Assembly (NCBI RefSeq): GCF_017348835.2
Contig: NZ_CP071375.1
DNA length: 64,000 nucleotides
Strand: one strand, 5' to 3'
Origin: Escherichia coli
Lineage (GTDB): Bacteria; Pseudomonadota; Gammaproteobacteria; Enterobacterales; Enterobacteriaceae
Each line of letters starts with the position of its first letter. Position 1 is the stretch's first letter. A program made the position numbers and the translations under genes. Under the pieces are notes generated by a model. It did not search any database. It had not been told where the DNA came from and saw only the letters and a list, made by a program, of their open reading frames with translations. Of the stretch, positions 25,937 to 36,933 are shown piece by piece.

Positions 25937-26199
25937 GCGTTCCCGGCCAGATCCGCACCATTGACGGCAACCAGGCGAAAGTCGACGTCTGCGGCATTCA
26001 GCGCGATGTCGATTTAACGTTAGTCGGCAGCTGCGATGAAAACGGTCAGCCGCGCGTGGGCCAGTGGGTACTGGTACACGTTGGCTTTGCCATGAGCGTA
26101 ATTAATGAAGCCGAAGCACGCGACACACTCGACGCCTTACAAAACATGTTTGACGTTGAGCCGGATGTCGGCGCGCTGTTGTATGGCGAGGAAAAATAA
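25927..26199 (+). CDS. hypC: hydrogenase maturation chaperone
   Basis: 90 aa starting MCIGVPGQI (conserved N-terminal Cys2); overlaps the hypB 3' end and the hypD start. Confidence 0.9.
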   Translation: MCIGVPGQIRTIDGNQAKVDVCGIQRDVDLTLVGSCDENGQPRVGQWVLVHVGFAMSVINEAEARDTLDALQNMFDVEPDVGALLYGEEK

Positions 26200-27320
26200 T
26201 GCGTTTTGTTGATGAATATCGCGCGCCGGAACAGGTGATGCAGTTAATTGAGCATCTGCGCGAACGTGCTTCACATCTCTCTTACACCGCCGAACACCCT
26301 CTGCGGATTATGGAAGTGTGCGGTGGTCATACCCACGCCATTTTTAAATTCGGCCTCGACCAGTTACTGCCTGAAAATGTTGAGTTTATCCACGGTCCGG
26401 GTTGCCCGGTGTGCGTACTGCCGATGGGCAGAATCGACACCTGCGTGGAGATTGCCAGCCATCCGGAAGTCATCTTCTGTACCTTTGGCGACGCCATGCG
26501 CGTGCCGGGGAAACAGGGATCGCTGTTGCAGGCAAAAGCACGCGGTGCCGATGTGCGCATCGTTTACTCGCCGATGGATGCGTTGAAACTGGCGCAGGAG
26601 AATCCAACCCGCAAAGTGGTGTTCTTCGGCTTAGGTTTTGAAACCACCATGCCGACCACCGCTATCACTCTGCAACAGGCGAAAGCCCGCGATGTGCAGA
26701 ATTTTTACTTCTTCTGCCAGCACATTACGCTTATCCCGACGCTTCGCAGTTTGCTGGAACAGCCGGATAACGGTATCGACGCGTTCCTCGCGCCGGGCCA
26801 CGTTAGTATGGTTATCGGCACTGATGCCTATAATTTTATCGCCAGCGATTTTCATCGTCCGCTGGTGGTCGCTGGTTTCGAACCCCTTGATCTACTGCAA
26901 GGCGTGGTCATGCTGGTGGAGCAGAAAATAGCGGCCCATAGCAAGGTAGAGAATCAGTATCGTCGGGTGGTGCCGGATGCCGGTAACCTGCTGGCGCAAC
27001 AGGCGATTGCCGATGTGTTCTGTGTCAACGGCGACAGCGAATGGCGCGGCTTAGGCGTGATTGAATCTTCTGGCGTGCACCTGACGCCGGATTATCAACG
27101 ATTCGATGCCGAAGCACATTTCCGCCCGGCACCGCAGCAGGTCTGCGATGACCCGCGTGCGCGTTGTGGTGAAGTATTAACGGGCAAATGTAAGCCGCAT
27201 CAATGCCCGCTGTTTGGTAACACCTGTAATCCTCAAACCGCGTTTGGTGCGCTGATGGTTTCCTCCGAAGGAGCGTGCGCCGCGTGGTATCAGTATCGTC
27301 AGCAGGAGAGTGAAGCGTGA
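26199..27320 (+). CDS. hypD: hydrogenase maturation Fe-S protein
   Basis: 373-aa ORF with CGxH, GPGCPVC and C-terminal CPxxC...CxxC motifs. Confidence 0.9.
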   Translation: MRFVDEYRAPEQVMQLIEHLRERASHLSYTAEHPLRIMEVCGGHTHAIFKFGLDQLLPENVEFIHGPGCPVCVLPMGRIDTCVEIASHPEVIFCTFGDAMRVPGKQGSLLQAKARGADVRIVYSPMDALKLAQENPTRKVVFFGLGFETTMPTTAITLQQAKARDVQNFYFFCQHITLIPTLRSLLEQPDNGIDAFLAPGHVSMVIGTDAYNFIASDFHRPLVVAGFEPLDLLQGVVMLVEQKIAAHSKVENQYRRVVPDAGNLLAQQAIADVFCVNGDSEWRGLGVIESSGVHLTPDYQRFDAEAHFRPAPQQVCDDPRARCGEVLTGKCKPHQCPLFGNTCNPQTAFGALMVSSEGACAAWYQYRQQESEA

Positions 27321-28327
27321 ATAATATCCAACTCGCCCACGGCAGCGGCGGCCAGGCGATGCAGCAATTAATCAACAGCCTGTTTATGGAAGCCTTTGCC
27401 AACCCGTGGCTGGCAGAGCAGGAAGATCAGGCACGTCTTGATCTGGCGCAACTGGTAGCGGAAGGCGACCGTCTGGCATTCTCCACCGACAGTTACGTTA
27501 TTGACCCGCTGTTCTTTCCTGGCGGTAATATCGGCAAGCTGGCGATTTGCGGCACTGCGAATGACGTTGCGGTCAGTGGCGCTATTCCGCGCTATCTCTC
27601 CTGTGGCTTTATCCTCGAAGAAGGACTGCCGATGGCGACACTGAAAGCCGTAGTGACCAGCATGGCAGAAACCGCCCGCACGGCAGGCATTGCCATCGTT
27701 ACTGGCGATACTAAAGTGGTGCAGCGCGGCGCGGCAGATAAACTGTTTATCAACACCGCGGGCATGGGCGCAATTCCGGCGAATATTCACTGGGGCGCAC
27801 AGACGCTAACCGCAGGCGATGTATTGCTGGTTAGCGGTACACTCGGCGACCACGGGGCGACTATCCTTAACCTGCGTGAGCAGCTGGGGCTGGATGGCGA
27901 ACTGGTCAGCGACTGCGCGGTGCTGACGCCGCTTATTCAGACGCTGCGTGACATTCCCGGCGTGAAAGCGCTGCGTGATGCCACCCGTGGTGGTGTAAAC
28001 GCGGTGGTACATGAGTTCGCGGCAGCCTGCGGTTGCGGTATTGAAATTTCTGAATCAGCGCTGCCGGTTAAACCTGCCGTGCGCGGCGTTTGCGAATTGC
28101 TGGGACTGGACGCCCTGAACTTTGCCAACGAAGGCAAACTGGTGATCGCCGTTGAACGCAACGCGGCAGAGCAAGTGCTGGCAGCGTTACATTCCCATCC
28201 ACTGGGGAAAGACGCGGCGCTGATTGGTGAAGTGGTGGAACGTAAAGGTGTTCGTCTTGCCGGTCTGTATGGCGTGAAACGAACCCTCGATTTACCACAC
28301 GCCGAACCGCTTCCGCGTATATGCTAA
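27317..28327 (+). CDS. hypE: carbamoyl dehydratase for hydrogenase cyanide ligand synthesis
   Basis: 336-aa PurM-like ORF ending ...PRIC. Confidence 0.9.
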   Translation: MNNIQLAHGSGGQAMQQLINSLFMEAFANPWLAEQEDQARLDLAQLVAEGDRLAFSTDSYVIDPLFFPGGNIGKLAICGTANDVAVSGAIPRYLSCGFILEEGLPMATLKAVVTSMAETARTAGIAIVTGDTKVVQRGAADKLFINTAGMGAIPANIHWGAQTLTAGDVLLVSGTLGDHGATILNLREQLGLDGELVSDCAVLTPLIQTLRDIPGVKALRDATRGGVNAVVHEFAAACGCGIEISESALPVKPAVRGVCELLGLDALNFANEGKLVIAVERNAAEQVLAALHSHPLGKDAALIGEVVERKGVRLAGLYGVKRTLDLPHAEPLPRIC

Positions 28328-28400
28328 TAAAATTCTAAATCTCCTATAGTTAGTCAATGACCTTTTGCACCGCTTTGCGGTGCTTTCCTGGAAGAACAAA

Positions 28401-30479
28401 ATGTCATATACACCGATGAGTGATCTCGGACAGCAAGGGTTGTTCGACATCACTCGGACACTATTGCAGCAGCCCGATCTGGCCTCGCTGTGTGAGGCTC
28501 TTTCGCAACTGGTAAAGCGTTCTGCGCTCGCCGACAACGCGGCTATTGTGTTGTGGCAAGCGCAGACTCAACGTGCGTCTTATTACGCATCGCGTGAAAA
28601 AGACACCCCCATTAAATATGAAGACGAAACTGTTCTGGCACACGGTCCGGTACGCAGCATTTTGTCGCGCCCTGATACGCTGCATTGCAGTTACGAAGAA
28701 TTTTGTGAAACCTGGCCGCAGCTGGCCGCAGGTGGGCTATACCCAAAATTTGGTCACTATTGCCTGATGCCACTGGCGGCGGAAGGGCATATTTTTGGTG
28801 GCTGTGAATTTATTCGTTATGACGATCGCCCCTGGAGCGAAAAAGAGTTCAATCGTCTGCAAACATTTACGCAGATCGTTTCTGTCGTCACCGAACAAAT
28901 CCAGAGCCGCGTCGTTAACAATGTCGACTATGAGTTGTTATGCCGGGAACGCGATAACTTCCGCATCCTGGTCGCCATCACCAACGCGGTGCTTTCCCGC
29001 CTGGATATGGACGAACTGGTCAGCGAAGTCGCCAAAGAAATCCATTACTATTTCGACATTGACGATATCAGCATCGTCTTACGCAGTCACCGTAAAAACA
29101 AACTCAACATCTACTCCACTCACTATCTTGATAAACAGCATCCCGCCCACGAACAGAGCGAAGTCGATGAAGCCGGAACCCTCACCGAACGCGTGTTCAA
29201 AAGTAAAGAGATGCTGCTGATTAATCTCCACGAGCGGGATGATTTAGCCCCCTATGAACGCATGTTGTTCGACACCTGGGGCAACCAGATTCAAACCTTG
29301 TGCCTGTTACCGCTGATGTCTGGCGACACCATGCTGGGCGTGCTGAAACTGGCGCAATGTGAAGAGAAAGTGTTTACCACTACCAATCTGAATTTACTGC
29401 GCCAGATTGCCGAACGTGTGGCAATCGCTGTCGATAACGCCCTCGCCTATCAGGAAATCCATCGTCTGAAAGAACGGCTGGTTGATGAAAACCTCGCCCT
29501 GACCGAGCAGCTCAACAATGTTGATAGTGAATTTGGCGAGATTATTGGCCGCAGCGAAGCCATGTACAGCGTGCTTAAACAAGTTGAAATGGTGGCGCAA
29601 AGTGACAGTACCGTGCTGATCCTCGGTGAAACTGGCACGGGTAAAGAGCTGATTGCCCGTGCTATCCATAATCTCAGTGGGCGTAATAATCGCCGCATGG
29701 TCAAAATGAACTGCGCGGCGATGCCTGCCGGATTGCTGGAGAGCGATCTGTTTGGTCATGAGCGTGGAGCTTTTACCGGTGCCAGCGCCCAGCGTATCGG
29801 TCGTTTTGAACTGGCGGATAAAAGCTCCCTGTTCCTCGACGAAGTGGGCGATATGCCACTGGAGTTACAGCCGAAGTTGCTGCGTGTATTGCAGGAACAG
29901 GAGTTTGAACGCCTCGGCAGCAACAAAATCATTCAGACGGACGTGCGTCTAATCGCCGCGACTAACCGCGATCTGAAAAAAATGGTCGCCGACCGTGAGT
30001 TCCGTAGCGATCTCTATTACCGCCTGAACGTATTCCCGATTCACCTTCCGCCACTACGCGAGCGTCCGGAAGATATTCCGCTGCTGGCGAAAGCCTTTAC
30101 CTTCAAAATTGCCCGTCGTCTGGGGCGCAATATCGACAGCATTCCTGCCGAGACGTTGCGCACCTTGAGCAATATGGAGTGGCCGGGTAACGTACGCGAA
30201 CTGGAAAACGTCATTGAGCGCGCGGTATTGCTAACACGCGGCAACGTGCTGCAGCTGTCATTGCCAGATATTGCTTTACCGGAGCCTGAAACGCCGCCTG
30301 CCGCAACGGTTGTCGCTCAGGAGGGCGAAGATGAATATCAGTTGATTGTTCGCGTGCTGAAAGAAACTAACGGCGTGGTTGCCGGGCCTAAAGGCGCTGC
30401 GCAACGTCTGGGGCTGAAACGCACGACCCTGCTGTCACGGATGAAGCGACTGGGAATTGATAAATCGGCATTGATTTAA
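28401..30479 (+). CDS. fhlA: formate hydrogenlyase sigma54-dependent transcriptional activator
   Basis: 692 aa from MSYTPMSDLGQQG; GAF domains, AAA+ sigma54-interaction domain ([14 protein letters not shown]) and C-terminal HTH. The listed ORF starts 12 codons upstream. Confidence 0.9.
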   Translation: MSYTPMSDLGQQGLFDITRTLLQQPDLASLCEALSQLVKRSALADNAAIVLWQAQTQRASYYASREKDTPIKYEDETVLAHGPVRSILSRPDTLHCSYEEFCETWPQLAAGGLYPKFGHYCLMPLAAEGHIFGGCEFIRYDDRPWSEKEFNRLQTFTQIVSVVTEQIQSRVVNNVDYELLCRERDNFRILVAITNAVLSRLDMDELVSEVAKEIHYYFDIDDISIVLRSHRKNKLNIYSTHYLDKQHPAHEQSEVDEAGTLTERVFKSKEMLLINLHERDDLAPYERMLFDTWGNQIQTLCLLPLMSGDTMLGVLKLAQCEEKVFTTTNLNLLRQIAERVAIAVDNALAYQEIHRLKERLVDENLALTEQLNNVDSEFGEIIGRSEAMYSVLKQVEMVAQSDSTVLILGETGTGKELIARAIHNLSGRNNRRMVKMNCAAMPAGLLESDLFGHERGAFTGASAQRIGRFELADKSSLFLDEVGDMPLELQPKLLRVLQEQEFERLGSNKIIQTDVRLIAATNRDLKKMVADREFRSDLYYRLNVFPIHLPPLRERPEDIPLLAKAFTFKIARRLGRNIDSIPAETLRTLSNMEWPGNVRELENVIERAVLLTRGNVLQLSLPDIALPEPETPPAATVVAQEGEDEYQLIVRVLKETNGVVAGPKGAAQRLGLKRTTLLSRMKRLGIDKSALI

Positions 30480-30488
30480 CTGCAAATT

Positions 30489-30512
30489 GCCGGACAGATC
30501 TGACTGTCCGGC
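30489..30512. terminator. hairpin between convergent fhlA and ygbA (possible bidirectional terminator)
   Basis: gccggacag-atctga-ctgtccggc, a 9-bp perfect stem 10 nt after the fhlA stop; no strong T-run, so termination function is inferred. Confidence 0.4.
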
Positions 30513-30515
30513 ATA

Positions 30516-30869
30516 CTATTCACGAGGTTTTTTCGGACGATATTTTTCCGGCAGTTCTGGCACCGGACGCTTGTCATCGATGAGATGACGCACGGTTAAG
30601 ATCGGATGACGCCACAGCATTCTCGGCCCGGCCCAACGCATAATCTGTTTCATCTCTTCACGCTTTGCAGGCTGGTAACAGTGCACCGGACACTGCTTAC
30701 AGGCTGGTTTCTCTTCGCCGAACACACATTTATCCAGCCGCTTTTGCGCGTAAACAAACAACGCCTCGTAATGCTCCGGCTCCGCTGACGCCTGCGGGCA
30801 TTTCGCTTGATAAAGATCGATCATTTTTTTAATCGTCAGTTTTTCACGAGAGATACGCTTGCCGGACAT
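30516..30869 (-). CDS. ygbA: conserved Cys-rich protein of the NO-responsive (NsrR) regulon
   Basis: 117-aa ORF with several Cys residues, convergent with fhlA and divergent from mutS. Confidence 0.85.
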   Translation of the reverse strand: MSGKRISREKLTIKKMIDLYQAKCPQASAEPEHYEALFVYAQKRLDKCVFGEEKPACKQCPVHCYQPAKREEMKQIMRWAGPRMLWRHPILTVRHLIDDKRPVPELPEKYRPKKPRE

Positions 30870-30896
30870 GCTGCCTCCATACTCTTAAGGTGTATT

Positions 30897-30919
30897 TATA
30901 CTACAACTTAATTTGAAAG
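30897..30919. promoter_or_regulatory. candidate NsrR operator upstream of ygbA
   Basis: aaggtgtatttatactacaactt is an imperfect inverted repeat of the AAGATGyATTT...AAATrCATCTT type, 28 bp upstream of the ygbA start. Confidence 0.45.
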
Positions 30920-31155
30920 GGGACTATGGCTCTGAAGGAGGAGGTTTATTCAACCGACGCAATTTTGCGTACTTGCTTCATAAGCATCACGCAAAAGCTG
31001 CAAAACAGCATCTTTCCCGGAACCAACATCAAGAACTCGCCGTTCGCTTCTTCCCCTGAAATGATTAACTCCGGTATCATGTGCGCCTTATGTGATTACA
31101 ACGAAAATAAAAACCATCACACCCCATTTAATATCAGGGAACCGGACATAACCCC

Positions 31156-33717
31156 ATGAGTGCAATAGAAAATTTCGACGCCCATACGCCCATGATGCAG
31201 CAGTATCTCAAGCTGAAAGCCCAGCATCCCGAGATCCTGCTGTTTTACCGGATGGGTGATTTTTATGAACTGTTTTATGACGACGCAAAACGCGCATCGC
31301 AACTGCTGGATATTTCACTGACCAAACGCGGTGCTTCGGCGGGAGAGCCGATCCCGATGGCGGGGATTCCCTACCATGCGGTGGAAAACTACCTCGCCAA
31401 ACTGGTGAATCAGGGCGAGTCCGTTGCCATCTGCGAACAAATTGGCGATCCGGCGACCAGCAAAGGTCCGGTTGAGCGCAAAGTTGTGCGTATCGTTACG
31501 CCAGGCACCATCAGCGATGAAGCCCTGTTGCAGGAGCGTCAGGACAACCTGCTGGCGGCTATCTGGCAGGACAGCAAAGGTTTCGGCTACGCGACGCTGG
31601 ATATCAGTTCCGGTCGTTTTCGCCTGAGCGAACCGGCTGACCGGGAAACGATGGCGGCAGAACTGCAACGCACTAATCCTGCGGAACTGCTGTATGCAGA
31701 AGATTTTGCTGAAATGTCGTTAATTGAAGGCCGTCGCGGCCTGCGCCGTCGCCCGCTGTGGGAGTTTGAAATCGACACCGCGCGCCAGCAGTTGAATCTG
31801 CAATTTGGGACCCGCGATCTGGTCGGTTTTGGCGTCGAGAACGCGCCGCGCGGACTTTGTGCTGCCGGTTGTCTGTTGCAGTATGCGAAAGATACCCAAC
31901 GTACGACTCTGCCGCATATTCGTTCCATCACCATGGAACGTGAGCAGGACAGCATCATTATGGATGCCGCGACGCGTCGTAATCTGGAAATCACCCAGAA
32001 CCTGGCGGGTGGTGCGGAAAATACGCTGGCTTCTGTGCTCGACTGCACCGTCACGCCGATGGGCAGCCGTATGCTGAAACGCTGGCTGCATATGCCAGTG
32101 CGCGATACCCGCGTGTTGCTTGAGCGCCAGCAAACTATTGGCGCATTGCAGGATTTCACCGCCGGGCTACAGCCGGTACTGCGTCAGGTCGGCGACCTGG
32201 AACGTATTCTGGCACGTCTGGCTTTACGAACTGCTCGCCCACGCGATCTGGCCCGTATGCGCCACGCTTTCCAGCAACTGCCGGAGCTGCGTGCGCAGTT
32301 AGAAACTGTCGCTAGTGCACCGGTACAGGCGCTACGTAAGAAGATGGGCGAGTTTGCCGAGCTGCGCGATCTGCTGGAGCGAGCAATCATCGACACACCG
32401 CCGGTGCTGGTACGCGACGGTGGTGTTATCGCATCGGGCTATAACGAAGAGCTGGATGAGTGGCGCGCGCTGGCTGACGGCGCGACCGATTATCTGGAGC
32501 GTCTGGAAGTCCGCGAGCGTGAACGTACCGGCCTGGACACGCTAAAAGTTGGCTTTAATGCGGTGCACGGCTACTACATTCAAATCAGCCGTGGGCAAAG
32601 CCATCTGGCACCTATCAACTATATGCGTCGCCAGACGCTGAAAAACGCCGAGCGCTACATCATTCCAGAGCTAAAAGAGTACGAAGATAAAGTCCTCACT
32701 TCAAAAGGCAAAGCACTGGCTCTGGAAAAACAGCTTTATGAAGAGCTGTTCGACCTGCTGTTGCCGCATCTGGAAGCGTTGCAACAGAGCGCGAGCGCGC
32801 TGGCGGAACTCGACGTGCTGGTGAACCTGGCGGAACGGGCCTATACCCTGAACTACACCTGCCCGACCTTCATTGATAAACCGGGCATTCGCATTACCGA
32901 AGGCCGCCATCCGGTGGTTGAACAGGTGCTGAACGAGCCATTTATCGCCAACCCGCTGAATCTGTCACCGCAGCGCCGGATGTTGATTATTACCGGTCCG
33001 AACATGGGCGGTAAAAGTACCTATATGCGCCAGACCGCACTGATTGCGCTGATGGCCTATATCGGCAGCTACGTACCGGCGCAAAAAGTCGAGATTGGCC
33101 CGATTGACCGTATCTTTACCCGCGTAGGGGCAGCGGATGATCTGGCTTCCGGGCGTTCAACCTTTATGGTGGAGATGACCGAAACCGCTAATATTCTGCA
33201 TAACGCCACCGAGTACAGTCTGGTGCTGATGGATGAGATTGGGCGCGGAACGTCCACTTACGATGGTCTGTCGCTGGCGTGGGCGTGCGCGGAAAATCTG
33301 GCGAATAAGATTAAGGCGTTGACGCTGTTTGCCACCCACTATTTCGAGCTGACCCAGTTACCGGAGAAAATGGAAGGCGTCGCCAACGTGCATCTCGATG
33401 CACTGGAGCACGGCGACACCATTGCCTTTATGCATAGCGTGCAGGATGGCGCGGCGAGCAAAAGCTACGGCCTGGCGGTTGCAGCTCTGGCCGGCGTGCC
33501 AAAAGAGGTTATTAAGCGCGCACGGCAAAAACTGCGTGAGCTGGAAAGCATTTCGCCGAACGCCGCCGCTACGCAAGTGGATGGTACGCAAATGTCTTTG
33601 CTGGCAGTGCCAGAAGAAACCTCGCCTGCGGTCGAGGCACTGGAAAACCTCGATCCGGATTCACTCACCCCGCGTCAGGCGCTGGAGTGGATTTATCGCT
33701 TGAAGAGTCTGGTATAA
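31156..33717 (+). CDS. mutS: DNA mismatch repair protein
   Basis: 853-aa ORF with the mismatch-binding N-terminus ([21 protein letters not shown]...GDFYELF), Walker A (GPNMGGKST) and C-terminal dimerisation region. Confidence 0.95.
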   Translation: MSAIENFDAHTPMMQQYLKLKAQHPEILLFYRMGDFYELFYDDAKRASQLLDISLTKRGASAGEPIPMAGIPYHAVENYLAKLVNQGESVAICEQIGDPATSKGPVERKVVRIVTPGTISDEALLQERQDNLLAAIWQDSKGFGYATLDISSGRFRLSEPADRETMAAELQRTNPAELLYAEDFAEMSLIEGRRGLRRRPLWEFEIDTARQQLNLQFGTRDLVGFGVENAPRGLCAAGCLLQYAKDTQRTTLPHIRSITMEREQDSIIMDAATRRNLEITQNLAGGAENTLASVLDCTVTPMGSRMLKRWLHMPVRDTRVLLERQQTIGALQDFTAGLQPVLRQVGDLERILARLALRTARPRDLARMRHAFQQLPELRAQLETVASAPVQALRKKMGEFAELRDLLERAIIDTPPVLVRDGGVIASGYNEELDEWRALADGATDYLERLEVRERERTGLDTLKVGFNAVHGYYIQISRGQSHLAPINYMRRQTLKNAERYIIPELKEYEDKVLTSKGKALALEKQLYEELFDLLLPHLEALQQSASALAELDVLVNLAERAYTLNYTCPTFIDKPGIRITEGRHPVVEQVLNEPFIANPLNLSPQRRMLIITGPNMGGKSTYMRQTALIALMAYIGSYVPAQKVEIGPIDRIFTRVGAADDLASGRSTFMVEMTETANILHNATEYSLVLMDEIGRGTSTYDGLSLAWACAENLANKIKALTLFATHYFELTQLPEKMEGVANVHLDALEHGDTIAFMHSVQDGAASKSYGLAVAALAGVPKEVIKRARQKLRELESISPNAAATQVDGTQMSLLAVPEETSPAVEALENLDPDSLTPRQALEWIYRLKSLV

Positions 33718-33822
33718 TTATAATTCCCGGTAGAAAAATACTATCGGGAATATTATCTACAGCTGACGAATCAAATAAAAATACCCTGTATAATAGGAAA
33801 GCTTATTTTACAGGGTAAAACC

Positions 33823-34479
33823 ATGCCATCTACACGCTATCAAAAAATCAATGCCCATCACTATCGCCATATATGGGTCGTTGGTGATATTCATGGTGAA
33901 TATCAGTTATTACAATCCCGCTTACATCAACTCTCTTTTTTCCCCGAAACCGACTTACTTATTTCTGTCGGCGATAATATTGATCGTGGGCCGGAGAGTC
34001 TTAACGTCCTGCGCCTGCTAAACCAGCCCTGGTTTATCTCCGTTAAAGGCAACCACGAAGCAATGGCGCTGGATGCGTTCGCGACCGGCGATGGCAATAT
34101 GTGGCTTGCCAGCGGTGGTGACTGGTTTTTCGATTTAAATGATTCAGAGCAAAAAGAAGCTACAGATCTGTTGCTGAAATTCCATCACCTTCCACATATT
34201 ATTGAAATCACTAACGACAACATAAAATATGTCATCGCACATGCAGATTATCCGGGGAGTGAATATCTCTTTGGTAAAGAAATAGCGGAGAGCGAATTAC
34301 TCTGGCCTGTTGATCGTGTGCAGAAATCGCTTAATGGCGAGTTACAACAAATAAACGGCGCTGATTATTTTATATTTGGACATATGATGTTTGATAACAT
34401 TCAGACGTTCGCTAACCAGATTTATATTGATACCGGATCGCCGAAAAGCGGGCGGCTGTCATTTTATAAAATAAAGTAA
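33823..34479 (+). CDS. pphB: serine/threonine protein phosphatase 2 (calcineurin-like)
   Basis: 218-aa ORF with GDIHG, GDxxDRG and GNHE metallophosphatase motifs. Confidence 0.88.
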   Translation: MPSTRYQKINAHHYRHIWVVGDIHGEYQLLQSRLHQLSFFPETDLLISVGDNIDRGPESLNVLRLLNQPWFISVKGNHEAMALDAFATGDGNMWLASGGDWFFDLNDSEQKEATDLLLKFHHLPHIIEITNDNIKYVIAHADYPGSEYLFGKEIAESELLWPVDRVQKSLNGELQQINGADYFIFGHMMFDNIQTFANQIYIDTGSPKSGRLSFYKIK

Positions 34480-34483
34480 TGAG

Positions 34484-34518
34484 GCCGGGTAAAGCAAAGC
34501 CACTACCCGGCACTTTTT
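34484..34518 (+). terminator. rho-independent terminator after pphB
   Basis: gccgggta-aagcaaagccac-tacccggc stem-loop followed by cacttttta, 5 nt after the pphB stop and abutting the stop of the convergent small-subunit gene. Confidence 0.55.
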
Positions 34519-34519
34519 A

Positions 34520-34756
34520 TTAGCGCTTACCTTCCGCCAGCAGCGGCGGGATGCTCGGCACCATTGGCGCGTCATCAATATCTTTCTGCGTCATGCGGAA
34601 CGCTTCGGGATAATGTTCGCGGCTGGTACGGCGCAGCGGTTCGGTATCGCGCCAGGTATAAAGGCAATGCTGGCACTGATATACCGTCCAGACATCTTTC
34701 ACCGGCGATTTCGCCATCACTTCAATCTGTTCATCGGCACAACGTGGACAAATCAT
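34520..34756 (-). CDS. ecdD: hydroxyarylic acid decarboxylase small subunit (VdcD/KpdD-like, Cys-rich)
   Basis: 78-aa ORF with CPRC...CQHC zinc-ribbon-like Cys pairs directly downstream of the UbiD-like gene; the O157-type mutS-rpoS segment is known to carry a 78-codon ORF here. Confidence 0.7.
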   Translation of the reverse strand: MICPRCADEQIEVMAKSPVKDVWTVYQCQHCLYTWRDTEPLRRTSREHYPEAFRMTQKDIDDAPMVPSIPPLLAEGKR

Positions 34757-34766
34757 CTTGTTCTCC

Positions 34767-36194
34767 TTATTTACGTGCGGCCAGCATAGCGGTCAGTTTT
34801 TCAGCCCAGGCTTTGGTTTCCGGCAAATCCACCACCGGCTGGCTGTAGTGACCACGGTTGTCCGGGGCGACAGGCGTGGTGGCGTCGATAATCAGCTTGT
34901 CGGTGATCCCCGCCTGGCTTGAGCCAGGGTCGAGTTCCAGCACGGACATATTCGGCAACTGCACCAAATCCCCTGCCGGATTTACTTTCGAGGAGAGCGC
35001 CCACATCACCTGCGGCAGGTTGAACGGGTCAACGTCTTCATCGACCATAATCACCATCTTTACGTAGCCCAGACCGTGCGGCGTGGTCATCGCACGCAGG
35101 CCCACCGCGCGGGCAAAGCCGCCGTAGCGTTTTTTGGTGGAGATAATCGCCAGCAGGCCGTGGGTGTACATGGCGTTTACCGCCTGCACTTCCGGGAACT
35201 CGGCTTTCAGTTGTTGATACAGCGGCACGCAGGTGGCAGGCCCCATCAGGTAGTCGATTTCGGTCCACGGCATGCCGAGGTACAGCGATTCGAAAATCGG
35301 CCTGGTGCGGTAAGAGACTTTATCGATGCGCACCACGGTCATGTTACGCCCGCCGGAGTAGTGTCCGGTAAACTCACCGAACGGCCCTTCGATTTCGCGT
35401 TTACGGCTTTCGATGACCCCTTCGAGGATCACTTCTGAACCCCACGGCACATCAAAACCGGTCAGCGGGGCGGTGGCGATCGGGTACGGGCTTTCACGCA
35501 GCGCGCCTGCCATTTCATACTCAGACTGATCGTATTTCAGCGGCGTGGCCCCCATCAGCGTGATGATCGGATCGTTACCGAGCGTGATCGCAATCGGCAG
35601 ATCTTCACCGCGCTCTTCTGCTTTATGCAGATGCAGGGCGATATCGTGCATCGGCACCGGTTGCAGGCCGAGCTTACGCTTGCCCTTCACTTCCATGCGG
35701 TAGATGCCGACGTTCTGCTTGCCGAAGTTATCCGGGTCGAGCGGATCGCGGGAAACCACGCAGGCTTTGTCGAGATAGAAACCGCCATCGCCATCGTTTA
35801 AACGAAACAGCGGCAGGATATCGAACAGGTTAATCTCGTCGCTATCAACGGTGTTCTGCGCCCAGGCAGGATTGGCGCGGCGCTCCGGGGCAATCGGGAA
35901 GTTATCCCAGCGGCGGATAAACTCATCAATCTGCTTTTTGACCGGGGTGTTTGGTGGCAGGCCAAGGGAAATCGCGTGGTTCTGCCAGGAACCGATGGTA
36001 TTCATCGCCACGCGGGCATCGGTAAAGCCGCGAATATTATCAAACCACAGCGCGGGCGCGCCGTCGCCGATACGCCCGGTGGCGTTAGCTGCTGCTGCCA
36101 GATCCGGTTCCGCGTTCACCTCTTCGCTGATTTTCAGTAACTGGCCGTGGTCATCAAGCGCCTGTAAAAAGCTGCGTAAATCATCAAATGCCAT
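34767..36194 (-). CDS. ecdC: UbiD-family reversible hydroxyarylic acid decarboxylase, large subunit
   Basis: 475-aa ORF of UbiD length and layout; middle gene of a ubiX-ubiD-small-subunit operon. Confidence 0.8.
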   Translation of the reverse strand: MAFDDLRSFLQALDDHGQLLKISEEVNAEPDLAAAANATGRIGDGAPALWFDNIRGFTDARVAMNTIGSWQNHAISLGLPPNTPVKKQIDEFIRRWDNFPIAPERRANPAWAQNTVDSDEINLFDILPLFRLNDGDGGFYLDKACVVSRDPLDPDNFGKQNVGIYRMEVKGKRKLGLQPVPMHDIALHLHKAEERGEDLPIAITLGNDPIITLMGATPLKYDQSEYEMAGALRESPYPIATAPLTGFDVPWGSEVILEGVIESRKREIEGPFGEFTGHYSGGRNMTVVRIDKVSYRTRPIFESLYLGMPWTEIDYLMGPATCVPLYQQLKAEFPEVQAVNAMYTHGLLAIISTKKRYGGFARAVGLRAMTTPHGLGYVKMVIMVDEDVDPFNLPQVMWALSSKVNPAGDLVQLPNMSVLELDPGSSQAGITDKLIIDATTPVAPDNRGHYSQPVVDLPETKAWAEKLTAMLAARK

Positions 36195-36787
36195 TATTCA
36201 TTCTCCTGAGAAAAATTCCGGGCCTGCGGCAATCCTTGCCAGCGCCTGGCGTGGGGATGTTCGAGGCCAAATTGATCCAGCACGCGGGCTACCACATGGT
36301 GGACAATGTCATCTACCGTTTCGGGATGGTTATAAAAGGCAGGCATCGGCGGCACCATCGCCACGCCCATGCGTGAAAGTGCGAGCATATTTTCGAGATG
36401 GATGGTGCTAAGCGGCATTTCACGCGGCACCAGCACCAGTTTGCGGCCTTCTTTGAGCACGACGTCCGCCGCGCGCCCTACCAGGCCATCAGCGTAACCA
36501 GCGCGGATACCGGCGAGCGTTTTCATACTGCACGGAATAACGATCATGCCGTCGGTACGAAAAGAACCTGAGGAGATGGTCGCCGCCTGATCCGCCGGTT
36601 TATGGCTGAAGTCAGCGAGGGCAGCAACATCGCGGGCGCTGTAAGGCGTTTCCAGTTCAATGGTGGTTTTCGCCCACTTCGACATCACCAGATGAGTCTC
36701 GACATTCGGCATCTCCCGCAGCGCTTGCAGTAATGCCACACCAAGAGGCGCACCGGTAGCCCCTGTCATCCCGACGATCAGTTTCAT
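36194..36787 (-). CDS. ecdB: UbiX/Pad1-family flavin prenyltransferase
   Basis: 197-aa ORF starting MKLIVGMTGATGAPLG (flavoprotein fold); stop overlaps the ecdC start. Confidence 0.8.
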   Translation of the reverse strand: MKLIVGMTGATGAPLGVALLQALREMPNVETHLVMSKWAKTTIELETPYSARDVAALADFSHKPADQAATISSGSFRTDGMIVIPCSMKTLAGIRAGYADGLVGRAADVVLKEGRKLVLVPREMPLSTIHLENMLALSRMGVAMVPPMPAFYNHPETVDDIVHHVVARVLDQFGLEHPHARRWQGLPQARNFSQENE

Positions 36788-36933
36788 TGCTTACTCTCTT
36801 AATTGTTCGTATACGAACGTTATTGTTAACATACTCCTTCATTTCCACAGCGGCAAGGATTGAAAAGTAACAACATCTTCTTCGTCACTAAAAAACCGCT
36901 ATGATAGCGACAGAGAATTAGCCCGGAGTTTAC

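Noticed and set aside
30926-31159. 77-aa ORF in the ygbA-mutS intergenic region
   Set aside because: No ribosome-binding site or conserved features; lies in the promoter region of two divergent genes.
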